Origin: Octopus bimaculoides
Taxonomy: Eukaryota
NCBI RefSeq assembly: GCF_001194135.2
Contig: NC_068988.1
Location: 21,145,051 to 21,181,973, forward strand
Direction of reading: 5' to 3'
Length of the DNA: 36,923 nt
Part shown: positions 11,601 to 22,320 of the stretch, piece after piece
Position numbering within the stretch: the first letter of the stretch is position 1
Layout: every line of letters starts with the position of its first letter
The notes under the pieces: model-generated
The model's input: the letters and a program-made list of their open reading frames with translations, nothing else
Told to the model about the DNA's origin: nothing
Databases searched by the model: none
Program-made: the position numbers and the translations under genes

Positions 11601-14495
11601 TTATGCATTCCTTAAACTCAATTTTTTAAATTTATATTCTTTGTTTTATGTTTGCCTGCAGTAAAATGTTTGGAACACAATTATTATATGATATGTAGCT
11701 TTAGAAAACTTGCTTTACTGCAGAAACAAATACACTGAAATTCTAATTCAGCATCTAAATTAGTATAAAATAATTATAAACCTCTATTATAAGAATATAG
11801 ACAACTATAGAATTAAACTACTGTTTAGAAGTGGTCTGCAGTGAATTAGAACTGTAGTATAACCATTTGATTTATGAAACAAATATTGCCACCTAGCAGT
11901 ACATCACCTGTATTTCATAAAGACATTGTTGTTTTGACAGATTGAAAAATGGCAGCAAGGTGACTTTGGTTACTGTCCTCGGGTTTATTGTGAGAACCAA
12001 CCCATGCTACCTATTGGTAAGTTTGCTGATTAAGTTCTCATGTCAGTCCTCATCGAATAGTTGAGTTGCGAAAGTGTTGCTGTCATGAATTGAAACACCA
12101 TTACTGATTTTGCATGCTTATGGTTGAGGTATATTTTTATTTTTCACCTCTTAAAACATTACCTAGAAGCCAATACCAGTCCATCGTCCAGTTTATCACC
12201 ATCACTTAGCACCTGAAAGTGGGAGCTTGGAAAACGGTCATTGATATTTCCCTTCTCTGACTAAGCTTCTGGGGTGGGGGGGACCGTTGATTAGAAAAAC
12301 TAATTTGCAAGGATTCATATTCTACATATCCTAATACATTTGTATTCAGTACATTTTCTAATTAGGGAATCTAGCTGTAGAAACTCTGCCAGATCAGATT
12401 GGAGCCTGGTGCAGCCTTCTGGCTTGCCAGTCCTCAGCCAAATCGTCCAACCCATGCTAGCATGGAAAGCGGACGTTAAACAATGATGATGATGATGAAA
12501 TGGTAACTTGAAATGTTCATGCCTTTTCTCAGCTCATAAGTAATCTAAATGGAATAGCTACTTTTCAAATGGATTATAGGCTTGGCCCAGCAGGAGCTCT
12601 GTTTCATGTGTACACACTCTAGTTAAAATGAATGAGATAGTTATATAAAAATGACTGCTCAAACAATTCACTGTCCCTTTTATGTATTTATGAAAGCAAG
12701 TGTTAAAGAAAGAACGAAGTGAATTTATTAAAAGTGTTGTTAATTTATTAAAAATTTCTTAACATTGAATTTGGATAGTCAGATTAACTATGACTATGTT
12801 AGTTATGTTTTTTAACTGAGTGTTTACTGCTTAGCTGACATGTTGCTGAGGGACTGACTAAGAGATAATTCATTGTCTAGTGGCCACTGGTAGGCTGACA
12901 GCTTAATGAACTGGCTAAGTGAACCTGGATCGTTTATGCATAGTGAAAACCTTATGCTGAGTGCTCATGGAGTTTATTTGAAAGGTTTAATGGTTGTGTA
13001 TTTTGTTAAGTGTAGGAATGTCTATGACCGGTTTATTCATAAAATTTGTAAGTTTAAATTTTACTTTGTCAAACTTGTTGCTGAAAACTAGTGTGTGACT
13101 TTACAGAGTTGTCTTTAAAAAAGCAGTATTGTATTGCTGTTGCCAGTACCGCCTGACTGGCCTTCGTGCGGGTGACACGTAAAAGCACCCACTACACTCT
13201 CTGAGTGGTTGGCGTTAGGAAGGGCATCCAGCTGTAGAAACTCTGCAAAATCAGATTGGAGCCTGGTGTTGCCATCCGGTTTCACCAGTCCTCAGTCAAA
13301 TCGTCCAACCCATGCTAGCATGGAAAGCGGACGTTAAACGATGATGATGATGAGCCCTTAAAAGAAAAAAAGGTTAAATATTTTCTTATTCTTGTGAGTT
13401 TTATTTTTTCATTCTAAACCGATAATTATTTTGTTGTTATTGCTTAGGCATGTACAGTATGAAGAATCATTTTTTTTCTTCTTTTCTGAATACTGCAACT
13501 ATTTAAGTTATTCCCCTTGTGTATTTAACAGGTCTCACTGATGTACCTGGTGAAGCAATGGTGAAGCTGTACTGTCCAAAATGCCAAGATGTTTACACAC
13601 CTAAGTCTTCTCGTCATCACCACACGGATGGAGCATATTTTGGCTCTGGTTTCCCACACATGTTGTTCATGGTCCATCCAGAATACAGACCTAAGCGTCC
13701 TGCAAACCAGTTTATTCCAAGGTAGAGTGCTGATTGCTTTTCACCAGCAATAATCTGACAGTAGGGAATCTGTGTGTGTGTATGTATATATATATATATA
13801 TATACTCTTTTACTCTTTTACTTGTTTCAGTCATTTGACTGCGGCCATGCTGGAGCACCGCCTTTAGTTGAATCAAATCGACCCCAGGACTTATTCTTTG
13901 TAAGCCTAGTACTTATTCTATCAGGTCACTTTTTGCCGAACCGCTAAGTTATGGGGATGTGAACACACCAGCATCGGTTGTCAAGTGATGCTGGGGGGTG
14001 GGACAAACACATACATATATATACATATATACGATGGACTTCTTCCAGTTTCCGTCTACCAAATCCACTCACAAGGCTTTGGTCGGCCCGAGGCTATAGT
14101 AGAAGACACTTGCCCAAGGTGCCACGCAGTGGGACTGAACCCGGAACCATGTGGTTGGTAAGCAAGCTACTTACCACACAGCCACTCCTGCGCCTATATA
14201 TATATATATATATGTATATTTTTTCGCTTGTTCCAGTCATTTGACTGCAGCCATGCAGGAGCACTGTCTCCTAGTTGAATAAATTGAGCCCAGGACATAC
14301 TCTTTGTGAGCCTAGTACTTATTCTGTTGGGCTCTTCTGCGAAACTGTTAAGTTACGAGGATGTAAACTCACCAACATTGGTTGTCAAGCGATGGTGGAG
14401 AACAAACACACACGTGCATGTGTGTGTGTGTTCCCCCACCATTGCTTGACAACTGATGTTGGTGTGTTTACATCCTGATAGCTTAGTGGTCTCTT

Positions 14496-14559
<64 letters not shown>

Positions 14560-17227
14560 AGTTGTATACTGCCAACTTAACGTGACAGTCCCAATAAGGG
14601 AATATACTACTGTTGTTTAACCCTAGGAAGCCAGACTGCTTCCTATTAGGCCTTGACACAATTTCTGTGCCCTTATCCATACAAGGGGGAGACAAACTCC
14701 TCCAACCAGCCCAGCCTGCATTCAGGGACATGTTTCTGAGTCTTTGCTCGTCATCAGCCTGAAGTAGCACGGCAGGCTAGCTGAAGAAATCTATCTAAGC
14801 TTTGTATGGATATACTATTTCAGTGAAATACTATTCACTGGTAAATATATACATACATACATACACACGACAGGCTTTCAGTTTCTGTCTACCAAATCCA
14901 CTCACAAGGCTTGAGGCTATAGTAGAAGACACTTGCCCATGGTGCCAAGCAGTGGGACTGACCCAGAACCATGTGGTTGGGAAGCAAGCTTCTTTATTTC
15001 ATATATATTGGCCATTAAGGCCTTACAAAGAGGGGACGAACAAGGACAGACAGACATAAAGAAGCTGCGGGCTGGACATAGACATTAATGAGATGGTGAT
15101 AACAAAAAGAATGAAATAGAAATGGGAGGGGCGCCGGCGCCCACCGACCAATGACCCTTGAAAACCTTGTTCAGTACAATTCATTAATTCATTATTATAA
15201 ATCATTATAGCAAACTTCCTACCACACCTGTCCCTATACATAAATATAAATTCTATGTAATTGCAATCCTTACTGTCATCAGAACTCTATGAATAGTTTT
15301 TGTTTTAATGGTTTCAATTATGTAACAACCAACCAGTTACTTGGGCTAAAGATATGTTACTAGTTCACAGGGACTTCAACATTTTGTGGCCATATCTCTA
15401 ATGAAATACACAGCTTGTGTGTTTGTTTATTTCAAAAACAATTGAGAATTTAGGATTTGCTGAAACGATTGGTTCATTGTCAAGCTAGTGTTAAGAAAAT
15501 GATTTAACAAAAAGGTTCTAGCATATTAAGATGGAAGGTTTATTTTGAAATATAAGCATTTTAGATGTTGTGTACCAAAGACTCAGAAGTGGTATGGAAG
15601 GGAGTTAAACCATTTCATTACTATATTTCTGTGCTTAAATTAAATATGGACTGCTTTCATAAGACAACTTTTTCATTTATCAAAATATATAAAAATGATA
15701 TTTGGAACACAGCTAAAGTTTTTACATATATCTATTATGGAATTTTTGTCTCAGACTACTTTAATTACAGATAAGTACAAGAAAATTAGTGAACCATTAG
15801 TTATACTCTTTTACTTGTTGCAGTCATTCGATTGTGGCCATGCTGGAGCACCGCCTTTAGTCGAGCAAATCGACCCCAGGACTTATTCTTTGTAAGCCTA
15901 GTACTTATTCTATTGGTCTCTTTTGCCGAACCGCTAAGTTGCGGGGACGTAAACACACCAGCATCGGTTGTCAAGCGATGTTGCGGGGACAAACATATAC
16001 ACACACATACATATATATACGACGGGCTTCTTTTAGTTTCCGTCTACCAAATCCACTGACAAGGCTTTGGTCAGCCTGAAGCTAGCACTTGCCCAAGGTG
16101 CTACACAGTAGGACTGAACCCGGAACCATGTGGTTGGTAAGCAAGCGACTAACCGCACAGCCACTCCTGCGCATATATTATTGAAACCTTTTTAAATATC
16201 ATCATCATCATCATCGTTTAACGTCCGCTTTCCATGCTAGCATGGGTTGGACGATTTGACTGAGGACTGGCAAGCCAGAAGGCTGCACCAGGCTCCAATC
16301 TGATTTGGCAGAGTTTCTATAGCTGGATGCCCTTCCTAACGCCAACGACTCCGAGAGTGTAGTGGGTGCTTTTATGTGCCACCTGCACGGGAGCCAGTCT
16401 AGCGGCACTGGCATGACATAAAATTATTTCTCTGGCTACATTATTTAGTTTATTAAATGCTTTTATTTATTGCAAAAATGCTCTTAATTCCCTTCATTTT
16501 GTAATTCATTTTTGCTGTTATATATGACTTGGAGTGAAATTAATAAGCAAATAGTGCAAATTGCTTTAAAGCACAGCCTTTCTGGCCAATATCTCCTTAG
16601 AAGTTTCAAATCTCAGGTTAATTCAAGTTAGAAATTCTACCACTTCAACTTTAATCACAGGAATGATTCGGTTCGGTTTCTTGAGAAAAAGAAATAGATC
16701 TTCACTTTTGCTTACATTGTCCAGCTTCTTTAAACCCTAGAAATTCAAGCAAGTGGTAGAATTTCTCGCTCTTTCCTCTTGCCTTTAGCAGCTCACCTGC
16801 GACGGTCCGTCACCCTGTCCAGGTGGGGAACCTATACACCAATGAAACCAAGAAACCTGCCCTTATGAGCCGAGCATGGCTCGAGAAGGAACAAACAACA
16901 ATGAAAATAGAAGGAAGGTGTTCTTGAGAAGGAACTGATGGTACATGTATTTTTTTAAATGCTTTGAATTCTTAGTATGAGAGTTTAAAGGAAGTTACAA
17001 GACTATTCTTGAAGTATTTGTTTTGGGTTTTTTTTGTTTGTCTAAAACCCTTGAGTCTGCTGTAGCAGTCTGTATTCATCTGATTATCTTTTAATCTCGC
17101 ATTCATATATATTTTCAGATTATATGGTTTCAAGATTCACCCATTAGCATATCAACTCCAGTATCAGGCTGCTGCCAATTTCAAAATGCCCATTAGGGGA
17201 ATGGGACACAGTAATAGCAAAAGGTAG
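5506..17227 (+). CDS. CSNK2B: Casein kinase II subunit beta, multi-exon CDS, 5'-partial (first coding exon MSSSEE...FFCE not found in window)
   Basis: Manual splicing gives [197 protein letters not shown]. This is near-identical to metazoan CK2-beta. All introns are GT-AG with matching phases. Confidence 0.98.
6570..6900 (-). mobile_element. Old composite SINE (CORE-type head plus aggaagggcat/GAT-type tail)
   Basis: Reverse complement contains ttggtagatggaaac and gttggtaacaggaagagcatttggccacagaaaatctacctc. Confidence 0.6.
8125..8237 (+). CDS. CSNK2B: CK2-beta variant exon 4a (duplicated, diverged), 113 nt, phase 1 to phase 0
   Basis: ttttcttgtgttag|ACGATGATGGG...AGTACTATG|gtaaga; open frame (D)[37 protein letters not shown]; about 24 of 38 aa identical to exon 4b. 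Confidence 0.85.
8790..9280 (+). mobile_element. Old composite SINE (CORE-type head, (TA)n, GAT-type tail) between exons 4a and 4b
   Basis: ggcaccttgggcaagtg...gatttggtagatggaaactgaa, then catgcatggaaaag...gttaaaatgattatgatgatg. Confidence 0.65.
9725..9840 (+). CDS. CSNK2B: CK2-beta canonical exon 4b (equivalent to human exon 4), 116 nt, phase 1 to phase 0
   Basis: tttatacag|ATGATGAACTT...GCTCAAATG|gtaagc; encodes (D)[38 protein letters not shown]. Confidence 0.97.
10015..10240. mobile_element. piggyBac-like MITE with TTAA ends
   Basis: ttaa|cccattagcatt ... aatgctgatggg|ttaa (TIR 15/16 including TTAA). Related copies at ~2565-2962 and ~21285-21490 are interrupted or truncated by GAT-SINEs. 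Confidence 0.75.
11941..12016 (+). CDS. CSNK2B: CK2-beta exon 5, 76 nt, first half of zinc finger (CPRVYC)
   Basis: gttttgacag|ATTGAAAAATGG...CCTATTG|gtaagt; encodes [25 protein letters not shown]. Confidence 0.97.
13140..13353 (+). mobile_element. (GAT)n-tailed SINE, young copy
   Basis: Close to family consensus; 3' end identical to window bases 1-73. Confidence 0.9.
13532..13721 (+). CDS. CSNK2B: CK2-beta exon 6, 190 nt, second half of zinc finger (CPKC) and [10 protein letters not shown] motif
   Basis: tttaacag|GTCTCACTGAT...ATTCCAAG|gtagag; overlaps ORF-track 13519..13725. Confidence 0.97.
13803..14195 (-). mobile_element. Full-length CORE-type SINE with internal (TA/CA)n tract
   Basis: Reverse complement of head aggcgcaggagtggctgtgtggtaag through tail gactgaaacaagtaaaagagtaaaagagta. 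Confidence 0.9.
14220..14490 (-). mobile_element. Tail half of CORE-type SINE (degenerate)
   Basis: cttgttccagtcatttgactgcagccatgc...gttgtcaagcgatggtgg. Confidence 0.7.
14505..14555. repeat. (ATCT)n(TA)n compound microsatellite
   Basis: Directly visible; many similar TA/CA/TG/ATCT tracts occur elsewhere (e.g. 9623-9644, 26441-26480, 31129-31180, 36636-36675). Confidence 0.95.
14718..14768 (-). ncRNA. Minimal type I hammerhead ribozyme motif in a probable Penelope-like element fragment (~14560-14800)
   Basis: - strand: UUCAGG-CUGAUGA-C-GAG(CAAAGA)CUC-A-GAAA-C-AU-G-UC^-CCUGAA; 6-bp stem I, complete core, GUC cleavage triplet. Confidence 0.7.
15803..16172 (-). mobile_element. Full-length CORE-type SINE
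   Basis: Same structure as 13803-14195. Confidence 0.9.
16198..16415 (-). mobile_element. (GAT)n-tailed SINE
   Basis: atcatcatcatcgtttaacgtccgctttccatgctagcatggg... Confidence 0.9.
17119..17227 (+). CDS. CSNK2B: CK2-beta last coding exon, to TAG at 17225-17227
   Basis: attttcag|ATTATATGGTTTC...; encodes (R)[35 protein letters not shown], the CK2-alpha-binding tail. Confidence 0.92.
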
Positions 17228-17379
17228 GCTACTGTGTCAACCACAAGTGCCGACTCTGAGCAGACCAGCTGTCAGTTCCTGTAAAAAAAGAAAAAAAAAA
17301 ATTGTATCTTTGTTACTGACAAAAACTCTTCCTGTCTCTTTTATTTTTTTTTTCTCCCCCTTTTTTTTTATATATATAG

Positions 17380-17392
17380 CAATCAGTTCTGA
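17380..17392 (+). CDS. CSNK2B: Candidate alternative terminal coding exon (…SK-S-N-Q-F*), reached by a 156-nt intron 17224-17379
   Basis: Donor AAG|gtaggc overlaps the stop codon. A long polypyrimidine tract (17325-17370) followed by tatatag| forms an acceptor. No transcript evidence. Confidence 0.45.
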
Positions 17393-18349
17393 AATGTCAT
17401 CTAGCTGCAACCATTTGTAGTTAACCTGCTGTTACTATGGAAATTCCAGCTGGTTTTTTTTCTGTAATCTGCACGTGGAAGTGTTTCAAAAGATGGACAA
17501 ACAACTACTTTGGAAGTGGAAGGAAAAGCAAATACCATTCTGATACCTATAGTAATTATTCTGGAGACTGTTTTCTCATGTTTCTCTGGTTTTCTGACTG
17601 AAATCATAAACTGTATTAAATTGTTTTGATATTTTTTGCATCTCTCCTTAATGCTTAAGACAATTATTAGCATTGAAAATGAAGAAATCAGACGGAGAAT
17701 GGAAATGACAAATATTACATTGGTGTGTGTGTCTGTGATATACACGCTATTTTAATAGCTACAATCAGCGTTATTATCCACCATCACTGAGTCATTGGTG
17801 ATCTGTACAGCTTGTACAGAACAACTGCTGGGTCTATCAAGTGCTGAGCAAATCTTAACCCTTCCATAGTGTTTGTTAATCACCTGATCTTGACTCTGTA
17901 TACTGTGAATATATGCAACATTTACTTTATACAATTTCTCCCTAAGTAATAGAAAAATTTTATTTTTAATTTAAATTTTATTTCACTGACTGACTTCATC
18001 TGGTTTCTGTTTTAGATAAAGGGGTGGGGGGTTTTTTTTTGTCTTTTTTTCTCTCTTCTCACTGGCCCTTTCATCATTACTACCTCCATCCCCCTCATCA
18101 TCAAATGTAAACACACCCAAATGACTTAATACATACAATATAAAGCAAACTAAATTTTTCTTTCTAACTTATTTTTCCCATCAAAACTAATAACAATGGA
18201 TGTTAGACCACAAGGAGATCTAACTCAATTACAGTTTTATATAAATGAATATATATAGATATGAAATTCACGTCTTCTCTTTCCTCCAAATTAATTTCAC
18301 TCACGTTTTCCTTGTTAGAAAGCTTGCGGTGACTGTATATTTATGCATC

Positions 18350-18355
18350 AATAAA
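18350..18355 (+). promoter_or_regulatory. Candidate polyadenylation signal (a second one at 18584-18589)
   Basis: AATAAA followed by U-rich sequence downstream of the CK2-beta stop; the hexamer is common in AT-rich DNA. Confidence 0.35.
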
Positions 18356-19507
18356 ATCAACTCTTCTATCTTTTAACACATCTGACTTGCTTTAGCTGGT
18401 TTTTCATTACTAATCAATTCTAGATGCTGGCAACCAGCTCACAGTTACCTCAGACCACAGTAATCTTACAGGTATAATTTTTGTCTTTGTCTGGGGATGT
18501 TTTTTTTTTTCACCCATTAAGAAAATTTGGTATGTGGGGGTTGGCAAGTATTACAAAAACCAAATTATTGTGTACATAATTTGAATAAAATGACAAATCC
18601 TAAAAATTTCTGCTGTCATAGAGAATTCTTTGTCATTTTTGTTTTTAATGTTGAATCAAAATTGCAATGATCATTAGTCCTGTTGTTGCTTTTTGCCCTA
18701 GGTCAGACCTGTGATTAATAAGAAATCCAGCAGGTATTGGTTATCTTGTTACATTGCCTAATGTTTTCTCCCTTGCAAGACGAAAATTTGGTAGCTATTT
18801 CTCTCCAGTCATTTAACCATGTAGAAACTGTTTAGATGTCTTGTTTGGTTGGTGCTAAACACGTTAAATCCTTTCACTTGTTTCAGACATTGTAGTAGTG
18901 TGTTGCCATGCTTGTGCATTACTTTCAAGAGTCTGGTTTATCATATCAGCTCATGAATCTCTGAGATGTGTTCTTTTGTGGGACATAAAGGAACATGTCT
19001 TAAACAATATTGAGTTGTTTGGTTTTTGGGGGTTTTTTGTCTTGGTGAAGAATTGGAACAGTGTAAACACTAACAGACAATGATTTTTTGTTATCATCAT
19101 CATCATCATCATTTAACATCCATCTTCCATGCTAGCATGGGTGTAAATTCCATTTGATAGATATAACCACTTGTGATTATAGGTGAAGACACTTGCCCAA
19201 GATACAGCATAGTGGTGGTTCAAATCTGGAACCCCACATATCTACTTAGTGAACTTCTTAATCAGGTGACCACAGGGAATTTGAATTCAGATATTTTTTT
19301 GTTATTGATTTAATCACAGTTGGCTTTGTAAACGGAAGTAATGGGTATTTGTATGTGGAAACTCGAGAGACTGGTTGGTTTTGTTATTGAGGGGTTGAAA
19401 CAACTCGTGATCTAGAAGTTAGGATGTGGCACTCGTGATTGCTGTTGGGCTAAACACCTCATCTCATATTCTGGTTACTTTGACACCTGACATGGTACAC
19501 CATGTAT

Positions 19508-19950
19508 CTTATTTCTTTATTGCCCACAAGGGGCTAAACAAAGAGAGGACAAGCAAGGACAGACAAAGGTATTAAGTTGATTACATCGACCCCAGTGTGT
19601 AACTGGTGCTTAATTTATCGACCCTGAAAGGATGTAAGGCAAAGCTGACCTCGGCAGAATTTGAACTCAGAACGTAATGGCAGACAAAATACTGCTAAGC
19701 ATTTCGCCCAGTGTGCTAATGTTTCTGCCAACTCGCCGCCATTTAAAAATATAGAAGGGACAAACAAGAACAGACAAAGGGATTAAGTCAATTACGTCTA
19801 TCCCAGTGCGTAACGTACTTAATTTATCGACCCCGAAAGAATGAAAGGCAAAGTCGACCTCGGTGGAATTTGAACTCAGAACGTAGCGGCAGACGAAATA
19901 CCGCTAAGCATTTCACCCGGTGTGCTAACGTTTCTGCCAACTTGCTGCCT
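19508..19950 (-). mobile_element. Two tandem copies of the second SINE family
   Basis: Both end (on +) in ...gtgtgctaa(c/t)gtttctgccaac...; each ~200-230 nt. Confidence 0.85.
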
Positions 19951-20681
19951 TGTACCTGTTCAAGCAACGTCAATTTGATGGAGGGTGTGTTGATCACTAT
20001 AACCAAATCATATGTGCAGGTTGTTCACCAACAAATTGCAGAACCATCTCTCAAAGTTACAAGAGACTACCATCATCAGGCATTGATGAAATATCTGCAA
20101 GTCGCTGGTTTATCCACCATATTGTACCAAAACAAGAAATTCTTTCTATAGTGAAGATTGCTTTTACNNNNNNNNNNAACAGCATACAGTTATTTTGTTA
20201 TTCAAGGCTTATTTAGAAGGAAAGAATGTTTGTCACTGTATAGCACGTGAAAGAGAACTCTGTAGTAATAACACACATACACTGTATATTTTTATTGCAG
20301 TAGTAGGGGGACCCAGTTAATGTAATGATTGCTGTTTGGTTAGAAACATGAAGAAATGGGAAAGTACTTTCTATTTATTGTAAAAAAATGGAAGTGTTCA
20401 GTTTATTGCAATTTATCATCATTATTGACTTAAATTTAATGATTTTTTATCTTGATTGTTGTAGTGGGACTTCCATTATTTCTATGACCCAAACAACTAT
20501 ACCAGCAAAAGGTTTTCCTCCTGTAGATCTCAGGTGACAGATTAGACTAAATGAGAAGCAGCATAGAGAAATCAATCAAATAATGATCAGTGATACTGAT
20601 TAGTTGTTGGATGGAAGATGACTAAAGTCACCTAATTCAAAAAGTGAACTGCTAACATTTGCAGAATTCTCTGACTTCAAA

Positions 20682-21040
20682 TCATCATCATCATCATCGC
20701 TTCACGTTCGCTTTCCATGCTAGCATGGGTTGGACAATTTGACTGAGGACTGGTGAACCGGATGGCTGCACCACAGGCTCCAATCTGATTTGGCAGAGTT
20801 TCTACAGCTGGATGCCCTTCCTAATGCCAACCACTCCGAGAGTGTAGTAGGTGCTTTTCCGTGCCACCGGCNNNNNNNNNNGATGCCCTTCCTAATGCCA
20901 ACCACTCCGAGAGTGTAGTAGGTGCTTTTCCGTGCCACCGGCACGAAGGCCAGTCAGGCAGTACTGGCAACGGCCACGCTCAAAATGGAGTTTTTTGATG
21001 TGCCACCTGCACAGGAGCCAGTCCAGCAGTACTGGCAACG
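20682..21040 (-). mobile_element. (GAT)n-tailed SINE spanning a 10-N join
   Basis: Family sequence; a 60-nt block is duplicated on both sides of the N run. Confidence 0.85.
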
Positions 21041-21491
21041 AATTAATATAACAAATGTTATATTGAGGTTATTTTAAAGCAACTTCATAATTTACTGATG
21101 AAGAACTCAATACTGAAACTGAAATTTATTGCAAAATTCTTGTTGCAAGTTTTGACTAATGATTTATTCAATCAGTCCATAGTTAAATAGACTTGCCACA
21201 AATATTGCTATCACTAATTTGTCATACTGTCAAGCATAACAGGATATTAGTTATCTAAGACTTGTTTCTGGGGCCAGAAACTTCATTAGCCTTTTAGCAT
21301 TTAAACCAGTCATATCTGGTTCAAATATTCTACCCATTTTATGGTCAAACTGACTAGATCCAGCCTCCACGCCTATGCTACAATGTTATTCTTAAAATAA
21401 AATAGAACTATCACATCAAAATCTCAAAGCTATGAGATAATGCATAATTCAAAACAATATGAATAAATAAGCATTACATTTGACAATAAGC

Positions 21492-22022
21492 ATCATCATT
21501 GTCAGCGTTTAACGTCTGCTTTCCATGCTAGCATGGGTTAGGCGATTTGACTGAGGACTGGCGAACCAGATGGCTGCACCAGGCTCCAATCTGATCTAGC
21601 AGAGTTTCTACAGCTGGATGCCCTTCCTAACGCCAACCACTCAGTGGGTGCTTTTACATGCCACTGGCACGAGGACCAGTCAGGCAGTACTGGCAACGGC
21701 CATGCTCAAGTGGTGTTTTTTACGTGCTACCTGCACAGGAGCCAGTTCAGCAGCACTGGCAATGACCTCGCGCGAATGTTTTTTCACGTGCCAGGAAGGT
21801 GACGCTGGTAACAATCACACTCGGCTGGTGCTTTTTATGTGCCACCGGCAACGAAGCCAGTTAGCTGCTCTGGCAGTAATCACGGTCAGATGGTGCTCTT
21901 AGCGCTCTACTGGCATGGGTGCCAGTCATCGAATTTGTGAACTAGATTTGATTTCGAATTCACTTGCCTCAACAGGCCTTCACAAGCAGAGTTTAGTGTC
22001 CAATGAAGGAAAGGTAAGCATA
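21492..22022 (-). mobile_element. Longest (GAT)n-tailed SINE copy, with about five internal modules
   Basis: Tail at 21492-21540; modules 21648-21935; additional 5' sequence to ~22020. Confidence 0.8.
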
Positions 22023-22320
22023 ATGAAGATGAGATGGCTCCTAGGTATCTGGTACAAAAAACATGATGATGTGGGTATGAGAATAACCCAGGCTATTTGA
22101 CCACAAGGATCTGCTGACAATTATGAAGACAAGGAAACTGAAATGGTATGGCCATGTGACAAGAAGCTCTTGTCTAGCAAAGACAACCATGCAAAGCACA
22201 GTGGAAGGTGGGCAAAAGCAAGGCAAGCCAAGGAAAAGCTGGTCTTGTATCATCAAAGAGTGAACATGCCTAAGTTCCACTGACTCACAGAGAGCAGCAG
22301 CAGCTGCTTGGCAAAGGTTG
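22022..22320 (+). pseudogene. RTE-clade LINE 3' ORF fragment
   Basis: Translates with stops/frameshift to ...MRWLLGIWYKKH...RITQAI / DLLTIMKTRKLKWYGHVTRSSCLAKTTMQSTVEGGQKQGKPRKSW, the typical RTE C-terminal R.L.W.GHV.R...G.VEG.R..G.P...W motif. Confidence 0.8.

Larger units (their letters stand above)
17228..18600 (+). other. CSNK2B: Probable CK2-beta 3' UTR
   Basis: Repeat-free U/A-rich stretch after the stop codon in an otherwise SINE-saturated locus; AATAAA at 18350-18355 and 18584-18589. Confidence 0.5.

Noticed and set aside
12826-12925. Hairpin-AGATAA-hairpin pattern suggestive of an intronic H/ACA snoRNA (similar at 7167-7265)
   Set aside because: No ACA tail, short irregular hairpins and no clear pseudouridylation pockets; would need snoReport or Infernal plus small-RNA data
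20811-20941. Exact ~60-nt direct duplication around a 10-N run (similar cases at 3489-3522 and 34329-34407)
   Set aside because: Typical overlap artefact at scaffold joins, not a biological tandem repeat
21648-21935. Regularly spaced palindromic repeats that superficially resemble a CRISPR array
   Set aside because: Eukaryotic context, degenerate contiguous modules with no unique spacers, no cas genes; they are internal SINE modules
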